Of a stretch of DNA of 64,000 bases, positions 24,859 to 34,129 are shown in pieces. The notes under the pieces were generated by a model. That model saw nothing but the letters and a program-made list of their open reading frames with translations, was not told where the DNA came from and searched no databases. A program made the position numbers and the translations under genes. Location: the NCBI GenBank assembly GCA_012961035.1, contig DUAC01000093.1:48552-112551 (forward strand). Reading direction: 5' to 3'. Numbering within the stretch: the stretch's first letter is position 1; each line of letters begins with the position of its first letter. Origin of the DNA: Acidimicrobiia bacterium. Its GTDB lineage: Bacteria; Actinomycetota; Acidimicrobiia; Acidimicrobiales; MedAcidi-G1.

Positions 24859-25710
24859 GTGTCCGCACCAGCTGCCTTCGCCATGCGCAGCCTGCTGTTC
24901 GCCCCCGGCAACCGCCCCGAGGTGCTCGCCAAGCTGCCCAGGTCCAGCCCCAGCGCTGCGGTGATCGACCTGGAGGATGCCGTCCCAGCGGACCGCAAGG
25001 TCGAGGCCCGGGCGGTCGCCCACCAGGTGGCCCCGGCACTCGTCTCCCATGTCCGCCTCTTCGTCCGGGTGAACGCACCCGACACCATCCACTTCCTGGA
25101 CGACATGCTGGATGGACTGCCCGAAGGCCTCGTCGGCGTGGTCGTCCCGAAGCTGGCATCGACGGCCGACGTCGACACGGTGGTGGCCGCGCTGGATGCC
25201 GCCGGTCACGCCAACCTGTCGATAGTCGCCGGCCTGGAAACGGTGGCCGGCGTCGTAGACGCCCGGACGGTCACCACCCATCCCCGCGTCGGCTGGTGCT
25301 ACTTCGGCGCCGAGGACTACGTCGCCGACCTGGGTGGCGTGCGGCGGACCGACAACCTCGAGGTGCAGACCGCCAGGGCGCAGGTCGCCCAGGCCGCCCG
25401 GCTGGGTGGCATCCCGGCCATCGACATGGTCGTGGCCGACTTCGGCGACGAGGAGCGGTTCCTCCGGGAGGCTGAACAGGCCCGGGCGCTCGGGTTCTCA
25501 GGAAAGCTCTGCATCCACCCGGCGCAGGTCCCCCTCGCCGATCGCGCCTTCCGCCCGTCGGATCAGGAGCTGGTATGGGCCAGGAAGGTGGCCGACGCCT
25601 ACGAGGAGGCGCTGGCCCGCGGCGATGCCGCCATCTCCGTGGATGGAGCAATGGTCGACGAACCCGTTGCCCGCCGTGCCCGTGCCCTGCTGGCCGAAGT
25701 TGCCGGCTGA
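24859..25710 (+). CDS. citE: HpcH/HpaI aldolase / citrate lyase beta (CitE)-like acyl-CoA lyase
   Basis: 283 aa, GTG start (ATG 24883 is an alternative). LLFAPGNRPE...DLEDAV and CIHPAQV motifs typical of CitE-like enzymes. Confidence 0.82.
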   Translation: MSAPAAFAMRSLLFAPGNRPEVLAKLPRSSPSAAVIDLEDAVPADRKVEARAVAHQVAPALVSHVRLFVRVNAPDTIHFLDDMLDGLPEGLVGVVVPKLASTADVDTVVAALDAAGHANLSIVAGLETVAGVVDARTVTTHPRVGWCYFGAEDYVADLGGVRRTDNLEVQTARAQVAQAARLGGIPAIDMVVADFGDEERFLREAEQARALGFSGKLCIHPAQVPLADRAFRPSDQELVWARKVADAYEEALARGDAAISVDGAMVDEPVARRARALLAEVAG

Positions 25711-25788
25711 CGCCCGCAGCCGACCCAGCCGACCGCTCACCGACCCCACCGAACCAGGAGGAGACCATGGCGAACCTCGTACCGGAGG

Positions 25789-26691
25789 GTGGGGCCGATC
25801 CAGACCCTCACCCGCACACTGGCCGATCCGTGGGAGGACGATGCCACCCCCGACGACCTGGTCCGGGTGGCGAAGGCAGCCGAGGCGGCAGGCCTCGACT
25901 TCATCGGCGTCTGCGACCACGTTGCCATCCCGGACAACGAGTACGCAGCGGGCATGCGGACCACCTGGTACGACCCGGTGGCAACGCTGGCCTGGTTGGG
26001 CGCACAGACCACATCCATCCACCTCCTCTCCGTCGTCTGGATCGCCGCCTACCGCCACCCGCTCCTGACGGCCAGCTCGTTCGGAACCCTGGCCCACCTG
26101 ACCGGGGATCGGATCATCCTCGGCGTCGGTGCCGGGCACGTAGAGGCCGAATTCGACGCGCTCGGGGTGGACTACCACCGCCGTGGCCGGCTCCTGGACG
26201 AGTGCATGGATGCCGTACGTGGCGCCTACGCGGACACGTACGTGAGCCACGACGGCGAGGCCTACCCATACGCCGACGTCGGGGTCTCCCCTGCTCCGGC
26301 GTCACGGGACCTTCCGATCTGGGTGGGTGGCTCGGGGGCGGCCGCATGGCGGCGGACAGGCCGGAGGGGCGACGGCTACATCCCGATGGGAGCGACCCGC
26401 GACCAGTACCCGGAGATCATCGCCACCATCCGACGGGCAGCCGAGGAGGCCGGGCGTGGCGGGGTCGGATTCGACATCGGCATCATGCCGGGCTGGGCCT
26501 ACATCGGAGAACCACCCGAAGACCTACCGCCAGCCTGGTTGACCGGCCCGCCAGAGAAGATCGCCGAGGAGCTGCGGGCGGACCGCGCCGTCGGTGCGAA
26601 CGCCTTCCACCTGAAGTTCCGGGCGCGCACCATCGAGGAGTACCTGGACCAACTGGCCGCCTTCGGCGAGCAGGTCCGGCCACTTCTCTGA
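25789..26691 (+). CDS. Luciferase-like monooxygenase (LLM) family oxidoreductase, probably F420-dependent
   Basis: 300 aa from GTG 25789. AAEAAGLDFIGVCDH and overall LLM-like sequence. The start is uncertain: a strong SD+ATG at 25767 is in another frame (see findings). Confidence 0.8.
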   Translation: MGPIQTLTRTLADPWEDDATPDDLVRVAKAAEAAGLDFIGVCDHVAIPDNEYAAGMRTTWYDPVATLAWLGAQTTSIHLLSVVWIAAYRHPLLTASSFGTLAHLTGDRIILGVGAGHVEAEFDALGVDYHRRGRLLDECMDAVRGAYADTYVSHDGEAYPYADVGVSPAPASRDLPIWVGGSGAAAWRRTGRRGDGYIPMGATRDQYPEIIATIRRAAEEAGRGGVGFDIGIMPGWAYIGEPPEDLPPAWLTGPPEKIAEELRADRAVGANAFHLKFRARTIEEYLDQLAAFGEQVRPLL

Positions 26692-26837
26692 CCGGGACGG
26701 CGATCGGAACCGAGACCGGAACGGGCAGACCCTCCTCCTGAACCGAGCAGGGAGACCGACCAGCCTCTCCTGACCGAAAAGAGAGAGATTGCGGCTGGGA
26801 GGGTGCGAGTCGGCCGCTGACGGGCGATCATGGGGCC

Positions 26838-27329
26838 ATGGTCAAGATCGACGACGACACCCAGAAGGCACTGCTCCTCTTCAATCGACGCTCCGAGGCT
26901 GTCGAAGCCGCCAAAGCGGCCGAGCGGAACCTGGTGAAGGCCACCAAGGCCAAGGACGAGGCCGCAGCCGCCCTCAAGCAGGTCCAGGGCGCTGGTGCCG
27001 AGACCGTTGCTGCCGCCGAGGCCGAATGGCGGGCCGCCGTCGACACCTGGCAGCGCCTGCGAGACGGCGAGGAACTCCCCGAGGAAGCACCGGCTGAAGA
27101 CGCTGCCACAGACGAGGCTGCGGACGACGGTGCGGACGAAGAAGCAGCCGATGACGCACCGACTGACGATGCTGCCGAAGACGAGGCTCCCGCCGCGGAT
27201 GCACCGGCCGCAGATGCTGGCGAAGACGAGGCTCCCGCCGACGAAGCACCCGCCGATGATGCTGCCGAAGACGAGGCTCCCGCCGAGGATGCTGCCGAAG
27301 ACGAGGCTCCCGCCGACGAAGAGGAGTAG
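26838..27329 (+). CDS. Hypothetical acidic protein: helical N-terminal half plus Ala/Asp/Glu/Pro repeat tail
   Basis: 163 aa. ATG 26838. Tail ...AEDEAPAADAPAADAGEDEAPADEAPADDAAEDEAPAEDAAEDEAPADEEE is encoded by in-frame DNA repeats. Confidence 0.6.
   Translation: MVKIDDDTQKALLLFNRRSEAVEAAKAAERNLVKATKAKDEAAAALKQVQGAGAETVAAAEAEWRAAVDTWQRLRDGEELPEEAPAEDAATDEAADDGADEEAADDAPTDDAAEDEAPAADAPAADAGEDEAPADEAPADDAAEDEAPAEDAAEDEAPADEEE
27168..27315 (+). repeat. In-frame tandem-like 28-nt repeat units inside the acidic protein gene
   Basis: gatgctgccgaagacgaggctcccgccg at 27168, 27258 and 27288, and a one-mismatch copy at 27213. Spacings of 45, 45 and 30 nt are all multiples of 3. Confidence 0.85.
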
Positions 27330-27340
27330 GACCCCGGACC

Positions 27341-28210
27341 ATGTCGGTGCCGTCAGCTGAGCCCCTCAGGCCGGTCACCGATGACGAGGTCGCCAGGTTC
27401 GTCACCGACGGCGTCGTCCACCTGCCGGGAATCCTCCCCACCGCCTGGCTGGACCACCTGACCGGTCCAGTCGACGAAACGATCGCCGACCTGACGACGA
27501 CCGTCGACATGACAGCGCTCGGCGCCGGGCTGGGCGGAACCCGAGACCCGGGAACAGATGGCGGCCGGTTCCTGTCCGGCGTCGACCACTGGCTACGCCA
27601 CCGGGCCTTCGCCGCCTTCGCCACCACCTCGCCCCTGCCGGCCATCGCCGCAGCCCTCATGGACGCCGGCCGGATACACCTCTACGAGGACTCTGTGCTC
27701 GTCAAGGAGCCGGGAACCGTAGAGGCCACGGCCCTGCACCAGGACCTCGGCTACTTCCACCTCTCCGGCGAACGCATCTGCACCTGCTGGGTTCCCCTCG
27801 ATCCGGTCACCATCCAGACCGGTGCCATGGTCTACGTACGCGGCTCACACCGCTCCGGGACCGTGTACCGACCCAACTGGTTCGTGACCCCCGATCCACT
27901 CCCGGACACCGAAGGCGAAGCCGTCCCGGCGATCCACCCGGAGGACGACCGGCTGACACACATTCCCGCCCAACCCGGTGACGTGATCGTCCACCATGCC
28001 GCCACCCTCCACGGTGCCGGACCCAACCGGTCGACCACCATGCGTCGACGTGCCGTCTCGGTGCGCTACTGCGGCGATGGCGTCCGCTACGAGATCCGGC
28101 CCGGAGCACCCACCAAGCCCCACCACGCCGACGTCCGATCCGGCGACCCCGTCGTCGACCACCCCGGGTGTCCACTGGTCTGGAGCCGACCCCTAGGGTC
28201 CGACCGATGA
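27341..28210 (+). CDS. Phytanoyl-CoA dioxygenase (PhyH) family Fe(II)/2OG oxygenase (second copy)
   Basis: 289 aa. LHQDLGYF (HxD) and TLHGAGPN distal His. N-terminus VTDDEVARFVTDGVVHLPG parallels the first PhyH (VTDEQVRTFAADGVVCLRG). Confidence 0.8.
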   Translation: MSVPSAEPLRPVTDDEVARFVTDGVVHLPGILPTAWLDHLTGPVDETIADLTTTVDMTALGAGLGGTRDPGTDGGRFLSGVDHWLRHRAFAAFATTSPLPAIAAALMDAGRIHLYEDSVLVKEPGTVEATALHQDLGYFHLSGERICTCWVPLDPVTIQTGAMVYVRGSHRSGTVYRPNWFVTPDPLPDTEGEAVPAIHPEDDRLTHIPAQPGDVIVHHAATLHGAGPNRSTTMRRRAVSVRYCGDGVRYEIRPGAPTKPHHADVRSGDPVVDHPGCPLVWSRPLGSDR

Positions 28211-29784
28211 GCGCTTCGTGGTCCACGATCCCCCGGCTGGTGGACGACGCCGCCGAGCGGTTCGGCGACCTCGAGGCATTCGTGGACGGCGACCTGCGCT
28301 GGACGTTCGCCGAGTACCGGGACCAGATCCACGCCGCGGCAAGGGCCCTGATGGCCAGGGGCATCGGACCCGGTGACCGCATTGCAGTGTGGGCCCCGAA
28401 CGTGGCCGAGTGGGCGGTGGCTGCCATCGGCGCCCACTGCGCCGGAGCTGTCCTCGTCCCGATCAACACCCGCTTCAAGGGTCGGGAGGCCGGGCACCTC
28501 CTGGACCGCACGTCGGCTCGGATCCTGTTCACGGTCACCGACTTCCTGGACACCGACTACGTAGCGCTGCTGCGCGACGCCGACCAGGGCACCGGCCTCG
28601 AAGAGGTGGTGGTGCTCCGGGGCGCCGTCCCCGAGGGTTGTACGTCATGGCAGGAGTTCATGGACGCCGGAGATTCGATCGACGACGCCGACCGGGCCGC
28701 GCGATCGGCCGGGGTGGACGGCGACGACCTCTGCCACCTCATGTTCACGTCGGGCACCACCGGATCCCCGAAGGGCGCCATGCTCCGGCACTCGGCGATC
28801 TGCCGGGCCTTCGAGTCGTGGAGTGATGTCATCGGGCTCCGGGCCGGGGACCGCTACCTGGTCGTCAACCCCTTCTTCCACGCCTTCGGTCTGAACTCCG
28901 GCATCCTGGCCTGCCTCATGAGGGGCGTCACGCTCGTCCCCCACCCGGTCTTCGACGTGCCGGCGGTGATGCGGCGAATCGGCGAGGAGCGAATCACCAT
29001 GTTCCCCGGCCCACCCGCCATCTACCAGACCATCCTGAACCACCCCGGGATCGACGGCTTCGACCTGTCCTCGCTGCGGCTGGCGGTGACCGGGGCGGCG
29101 GCGATTCCGGTGCAGATGATCCATGACATGCGCGACCGGCTCGGCTTCGAGAAGGTGGTGACCGGCTACGGCCTGACCGAGTCGTCGGGCATCGCCACGA
29201 TGTGCCGCCACGACGACGACCCGGCCCTCATCGCCGGAACCTCCGGGCGGGCCATCGACGACGTGGAGGTTCGGGTCGTGGACCCGGAGGGAGCGCAGTG
29301 CCCCCCCGGCCAGGCGGGCGAGGTGGTGGTCCGCGGCTACAACGTGATGGTCGGATACCTGGACGATCCGGACCAGACCGACGAGGCCATCGACCCGGAC
29401 GGCTGGCTGCACACCGGCGACATCGGCGTGATGGACGAGAACGGCTACCTGGACATCACCGACAGGGTGAAGGACATGTTCATCAACGGCGGGTTCAACG
29501 TCTACCCGGCGGAGGTCGAACAGCTGATGGACTCCCACCCCGACATCGGTCAGGTGGCCGTCATCGGCGTGCCCGACGAGCGCCTAGGAGAGGTCGGCAT
29601 GGCCTTCGTGGTCCCGGCCGCCGGCACCACCCCGGACCCGGCGGACATCATCGCCTGGTGCAGGGCCGAGATGGCCAACTACAAGGCCCCGCGTCACATC
29701 CAGGTGGTCGACGCACTGCCGATGAACGCCAGTGGCAAGGTGCTCAAGTTCGAGCTCCGGGAACGGGCAGCAGCCGACGGCTGA
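28207..29784 (+). CDS. AMP-dependent acyl-CoA synthetase/ligase (second copy)
   Basis: ORF 28168..29784. Start ATG 28207 overlaps the PhyH stop (ATGA). FTSGTTGSPKG and C-terminal SGKVLKF motifs. Confidence 0.9.
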   Translation: MSASWSTIPRLVDDAAERFGDLEAFVDGDLRWTFAEYRDQIHAAARALMARGIGPGDRIAVWAPNVAEWAVAAIGAHCAGAVLVPINTRFKGREAGHLLDRTSARILFTVTDFLDTDYVALLRDADQGTGLEEVVVLRGAVPEGCTSWQEFMDAGDSIDDADRAARSAGVDGDDLCHLMFTSGTTGSPKGAMLRHSAICRAFESWSDVIGLRAGDRYLVVNPFFHAFGLNSGILACLMRGVTLVPHPVFDVPAVMRRIGEERITMFPGPPAIYQTILNHPGIDGFDLSSLRLAVTGAAAIPVQMIHDMRDRLGFEKVVTGYGLTESSGIATMCRHDDDPALIAGTSGRAIDDVEVRVVDPEGAQCPPGQAGEVVVRGYNVMVGYLDDPDQTDEAIDPDGWLHTGDIGVMDENGYLDITDRVKDMFINGGFNVYPAEVEQLMDSHPDIGQVAVIGVPDERLGEVGMAFVVPAAGTTPDPADIIAWCRAEMANYKAPRHIQVVDALPMNASGKVLKFELRERAAADG

Positions 29785-29886
29785 CCTGACGGCGCAGGAC
29801 CCGGGTGGGCGTCACGGACTCCGCACCGCTCGCCACGCCACCTTCCCTACGGCCCGTCAGGGCGCGCCGGTAGCCTGCTCCCGACC

Positions 29887-32800
29887 ATGACCGACGACCA
29901 CACCACCGCTACCGGCACGCCGGTCGGCCCGTATCCGGAGGCGGGTCGGGCCGACTTCCCGGCGATCGAGGAGCGCGTGCTGGCCCGCTGGAAGGCCGAG
30001 GGCACGTTCCGTGACTCCATCGACGCCCGACCGGTCGACGACGAGTTCGTCTTCTTCGACGGCCCGCCGTTCGCCAACGGCCTGCCCCACCACGGCCACC
30101 TCCTGACCGGCTACGTGAAGGACGTGATCCCCCGCTACCGGGCCATGCGGGGCCAACGGGTGGACCGCCGGTTCGGCTGGGACTGCCACGGCCTGCCCGC
30201 CGAGATGGAGGCCGAGAAGGAACTCCCGGTGTCCGGACGAGCCGACATCATCGAGTACGGCATCGACCGCTTCAACGCCCAGTGCCGCGAGTCGGTGCTT
30301 CGCTACACGGGCGAATGGGAGAAGACCGTCACCAGGCAGGCCCGGTGGGTCGACTTCGAGGACGACTACAAGACCATGGACCTCTCCTACATGGAGTCGG
30401 TGATGTGGGCCTTCAAGCAGCTCTGGGACAAGGGCCTCGTATACGAGGCGTTCCGGGTCATGCCGTACTCCTGGGGCGCCGAGACCCCGCTGTCGAACTT
30501 CGAGATCCGCCTCGACGACGCCACCCGTCCCCGGCAGGACCCCGCCATCACCGTGACCTTCGACCTGGTGCCGGTGGACGGCGACCCGGGACCCATGCGG
30601 ATCATGGCGTGGACCACCACGCCGTGGACCCTGCCATCCAACCTGGCCCTGGCCGTGGGCCCCGACGTGTCCTACTCGCTGAGGCAGGCAGCCGACGGAA
30701 CGGTGTCCGTGCTGGGGGTCGAGGCCGTGGAGCGCTACGCGGCCCAACTGGAGGGCACCACCGAGGTCGGCACGCTCCTCGGCAGCGACCTGGTGGGCCG
30801 CTCCTTCACTCCGATGTTCGACTTCTTCGCCGACAGGACCGATGCCTTCCGGATCCTCGGAGCCGACTTCGTGGGCGCCTCGGAAGGCACCGGCGTGGTC
30901 CACATGGCCCCCGGCTTCGGCGAGGACGACCAGACGACCTGCGAGGCGGCCGGCATCCCCATCGGACAGGTGGTCCCGGTGGACGGCCTGGGGCGGTTCA
31001 CCGACCAGGTCGGTCCGTGGGCCGGGCTGAACGTGTTCGACGCCAACCCCGAGATCATCAGGCACCTCAAGGAGGAGGGCCGGGTCGTCCGACACGACAC
31101 CTACGAGCACAACTATCCGCACTGCTGGCGAACCGACACGCCGATCATCTACAAGGCGATCTCATCGTGGTTCGTGAAGGTCACCGACATCCGGGACCGG
31201 TTGATCGAGACCAACCAGGAGATCAACTGGGTCCCCTCCCACGTCAGGGACGGGCGGTTCGGCATGTGGCTGGACGGAGCGCGCGACTGGTCGATCAGCC
31301 GCAACCGGTTCTGGGGCTCGCCCATCCCGGTCTGGCGCAGCGACGACCCGACGTACCCGCGCATCGACGTCTACGGCAGCCTGGACGAGATCGAACGCGA
31401 CTTCGGAATCCGACCCGACGACCTGCACCGACCGTTCATCGACGAGCTGACCCGACCCAACCCCGACGACCCGACCGGCAGGTCGACGATGCGACGGGTT
31501 CCCGAGGTGCTGGACTGCTGGTTCGAGTCAGGTTCGATGCCCTTCGCCCAGGTGCACTACCCCTTCGAGAACCGGGAGTGGTTCGAGGAGCACTTCCCTG
31601 CCGACTTCATCGTCGAGTACATCAACCAGACCCGGGGCTGGTTCTACACGTTGCACGTCCTGGCCACCGCCCTGTTCGACCGCCCGGCCTTCGAGAACGT
31701 CATCTGCCACGGGATCCTGCTGGCCGAGGACGGCACCAAGCTCTCCAAGAAGTTGCGGAACTACACGGAGCCATCGGTCATCTTCGACAACCAGGGGTCC
31801 GATGCCCTGCGCTGGTACCTGATGTCCTCGACGATCGTGAGGGGCGGCGACCTCCGCATCTCCGACTCCGGCATCGACGACGTCGTGCGCCAGGTCCTGC
31901 TGCCGACCTGGAACGCCTACGGGTTCTTCACTCTGTACGCCAACGTCGACGGGCACAGGGCCACCATGCGCTCCGACTCCGGGCACCTCCTGGACCGGTA
32001 CCTGCTGGCCAAGACCTCGATGCTGGTCGAGGCGGTTGCCGACCACATGGACGCCTACGACCTGCCCGGCGCCACCCAGGAGATCCAGGGCTTCATCGAT
32101 GCCCTCAACAACTGGTACATCCGGCGCAGTCGGGACCGTTTCTGGAGCAAGTCCACGGTTACCGACGACGCCGACAAGCGCGACGCCTACGACACGCTCT
32201 ACACCGTGCTGGTGACCTTCTGCCGGGTGGCCGCGCCGCTGCTCCCCATGGTCTCCGAGGAGATCCACACTGCGTTGACCGGTGGATCCAGCGTCCACCT
32301 GGCCGACTGGCCGGATACCGGCGACCTGCCGTCCGATCCGGCGCTGGTAGCGCGCATGGACCGCCTGCGCGACGTGGCCTCGACCACCCTGCGCCTCCGG
32401 GAGGACCACGGCCTGCGGGTACGCCTGCCGCTGTCCTCACTGATCGTGGCCGGCGCCGACTCCGAATCCCTGGCCGACCTGGTCGACCTGCTGGTGGACG
32501 AGGTGAACGTGAAGTCCGTGGTGCTGACCGACGACCTGGCGGACCACGCCAGGTTCGTGATGAGACCCGACGGGAGTGCGCTGGGGCCCCGTCTGGGAGG
32601 CGACGTGCAGGCCGTATTCGGTGCGGCGCGATCGGGCAGCTACGAGCTGCACGAAGACGGCACGGCGACCGTCGCCGGGCACCTGCTCCAGCCGGACGAG
32701 TTCACCCTGGGAGTGGAGTCACCCGAGGGCGTGACGGCCGCGGCCCTGGGCAGCGGCGACGCTGTCGTGGTACTCGACACCGAGGTCACCGAGGACCTGT

Positions 32801-33063
32801 CTCGGGAGGGCCTGGCGCGCGACGTGGTCCGCCAGGTCCAGCAGGCCCGACGCGACGCCGACCTGGTGGTGACCGACAGGATCAGGCTGGTGCTGGACGG
32901 CGACGACGCCCTGCTGGATGCCGTCCGGGTCCACGAGGACCACGTGGCCGGTCAGGTCCTGGCCACCGAGCTGGTCTACGAACCGGTCGATGGCGACTCG
33001 GACGGTGCGGTAGTTGCCACCGTCGAAGGTGCCGAGCTGCGCTTCAGGTTGAGCGTCACCTGA
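29887..33063 (+). CDS. ileS: Isoleucyl-tRNA synthetase (long, type 2 / actinobacterial form)
   Basis: 1058 aa. HIGH-type motif PHHGHLLTG, KMSKS-type motif KLSKKL. Conserved IleRS sequence with editing domain. Confidence 0.98.
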   Translation: MTDDHTTATGTPVGPYPEAGRADFPAIEERVLARWKAEGTFRDSIDARPVDDEFVFFDGPPFANGLPHHGHLLTGYVKDVIPRYRAMRGQRVDRRFGWDCHGLPAEMEAEKELPVSGRADIIEYGIDRFNAQCRESVLRYTGEWEKTVTRQARWVDFEDDYKTMDLSYMESVMWAFKQLWDKGLVYEAFRVMPYSWGAETPLSNFEIRLDDATRPRQDPAITVTFDLVPVDGDPGPMRIMAWTTTPWTLPSNLALAVGPDVSYSLRQAADGTVSVLGVEAVERYAAQLEGTTEVGTLLGSDLVGRSFTPMFDFFADRTDAFRILGADFVGASEGTGVVHMAPGFGEDDQTTCEAAGIPIGQVVPVDGLGRFTDQVGPWAGLNVFDANPEIIRHLKEEGRVVRHDTYEHNYPHCWRTDTPIIYKAISSWFVKVTDIRDRLIETNQEINWVPSHVRDGRFGMWLDGARDWSISRNRFWGSPIPVWRSDDPTYPRIDVYGSLDEIERDFGIRPDDLHRPFIDELTRPNPDDPTGRSTMRRVPEVLDCWFESGSMPFAQVHYPFENREWFEEHFPADFIVEYINQTRGWFYTLHVLATALFDRPAFENVICHGILLAEDGTKLSKKLRNYTEPSVIFDNQGSDALRWYLMSSTIVRGGDLRISDSGIDDVVRQVLLPTWNAYGFFTLYANVDGHRATMRSDSGHLLDRYLLAKTSMLVEAVADHMDAYDLPGATQEIQGFIDALNNWYIRRSRDRFWSKSTVTDDADKRDAYDTLYTVLVTFCRVAAPLLPMVSEEIHTALTGGSSVHLADWPDTGDLPSDPALVARMDRLRDVASTTLRLREDHGLRVRLPLSSLIVAGADSESLADLVDLLVDEVNVKSVVLTDDLADHARFVMRPDGSALGPRLGGDVQAVFGAARSGSYELHEDGTATVAGHLLQPDEFTLGVESPEGVTAAALGSGDAVVVLDTEVTEDLSREGLARDVVRQVQQARRDADLVVTDRIRLVLDGDDALLDAVRVHEDHVAGQVLATELVYEPVDGDSDGAVVATVEGAELRFRLSVT

Positions 33064-33068
33064 CCCCG

Positions 33069-33139
33069 GGCGACGAGCCGCCTACTCCGACCCATGGGAT
33101 CGGCCCGTGGCGCCCGGTTCGACCCGGGCCGCCGTCGCC
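33069..33139. terminator. Nested-hairpin element between convergent ileS and the 2OG oxygenase gene
   Basis: Outer 7-bp pairing GGCGACG (33069-33075) / CGTCGCC (33133-33139) encloses an inner hairpin GCCCGG-ttcgac-CCGGGC (33112-33129). No U-tract. Confidence 0.25.
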
Positions 33140-34129
33140 TCAGTCATCCACCCGGCGACCGGCCTCCACCATGTTGATCTCCCAGATGACCTGCTCCAGG
33201 CGGTCCGACGCAGACATCGTCGGATAGCGCAACGGGTTCTCCGGGGTCACACAGGTCGGCAACGGCGCCAGCATCGTCCACGGCGTCGGGTGGCAGAACT
33301 GGACCACCGAGTGGCGTTCGCCGGGCGCATCCGAGACCACCCTGTGGATGCCCGGCGGGATCAGGCCGTTCGTGAGGTGGTCCAGCATGATCCCCGTGTT
33401 CACGATTACGTGGCCGTCGGGTGGGATGGCGGCGATCCAACCGTCGTCGGTCTTCACCTGCAGGCCCGAGGCCGTGGCGCGCGGAAGGGCGGTGATGAGG
33501 TTGATGTCGCCATGCTCGGCGGCCCAGACGTGCTCGTCACCGGGGGCCAGGTCCATGGACGGGTAGTGGAGGGCGCGGGTGAGCGCCGCTCCGTCGCGCA
33601 GCATGACGTCGAAGTAGCCCTCGTCGATGCCCAGTCCCACGGCCAGGATCCTCAGCACCCTGCGCTGCAGGTCCAGCGTCACACGGTGGAACTCCATCAG
33701 CACCTCGGTCGTGCCCGGCAGGTCATCGTCGGGCAGCGTGGGATTGCCGTAACGGTGGGGGAAGCGGCGGCGGAGTGGATGGCCGACCGGTACAGGTGCA
33801 CTCCAGTTGAGCATCTCCTTCCAGTCGGGGACGTCGGAGACCGCTGCGGTCTCGACCAGCAGGCCCGTGTAGCCGGTCTGCCCGTTGGCGCCGTCCACCG
33901 TGTAGCGGTCCTTGCGTTCCTGCGGCAGGGCGAAGAAGTCCCTCAGGCGCCCGTAGGCATCGTCCAGCAGATCCTCGGAGAGGTCGTGGCGTACGTATAC
34001 GAAGCCGGTGGCGAGGCTGCGCATGGTGCCATCCACGATGGCGCGTCGGCTGGGCGCATCACCCTTCTCGAACGCCGGGAGGTCCACGTCCAGGATCGGC
34101 GGCTCTCGGGAAAGGGTGGGTTCGGTCAC
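33140..34129 (-). CDS. 2OG-Fe(II) oxygenase (isopenicillin N synthase-like family)
   Basis: 329 aa, GTG start. N-terminal non-haem dioxygenase region (LPAFEKGD...GFVYVRHD). HGDIN (HxD) and a later His (GIHRV). Confidence 0.8.
   Translation of the reverse strand: MTEPTLSREPPILDVDLPAFEKGDAPSRRAIVDGTMRSLATGFVYVRHDLSEDLLDDAYGRLRDFFALPQERKDRYTVDGANGQTGYTGLLVETAAVSDVPDWKEMLNWSAPVPVGHPLRRRFPHRYGNPTLPDDDLPGTTEVLMEFHRVTLDLQRRVLRILAVGLGIDEGYFDVMLRDGAALTRALHYPSMDLAPGDEHVWAAEHGDINLITALPRATASGLQVKTDDGWIAAIPPDGHVIVNTGIMLDHLTNGLIPPGIHRVVSDAPGERHSVVQFCHPTPWTMLAPLPTCVTPENPLRYPTMSASDRLEQVIWEINMVEAGRRVDD

Noticed and set aside
27168-27315. CRISPR-like or mobile-element repeats (here, and at 58628-58684 and 63436-63473).
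   Set aside because: The repeat units are 15-28 nt. They are either in-frame coding repeats or immediate tandem or near-tandem duplications without spacers of CRISPR size. There are no cas, transposase or integrase genes and no terminal inverted repeats anywhere in the window.
29785-29886. T-box riboswitch upstream of ileS, as known for actinobacterial ileS genes.
   Set aside because: The 102-nt spacer contains no Ile specifier codon (no ATC, ATT or ATA anywhere). It shows only a weak resemblance (GGGTGGGCGTCACGG) to the conserved GGGTGGTACCGCG T-box sequence. A covariance-model scan (RF00230) would be the decisive check.
33069-33139. Possible tRNA or tRNA-like element: 71 nt, a 7-bp terminal stem GGCGACG/CGTCGCC, and an internal GGTTCGA reminiscent of a T-loop.
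   Set aside because: The T-like hairpin has a 6-nt loop and is separated from the terminal stem by 4 extra nt. There is no U8, no D-arm GG and no credible anticodon arm. I kept it only as a hairpin or terminator candidate between convergent genes.
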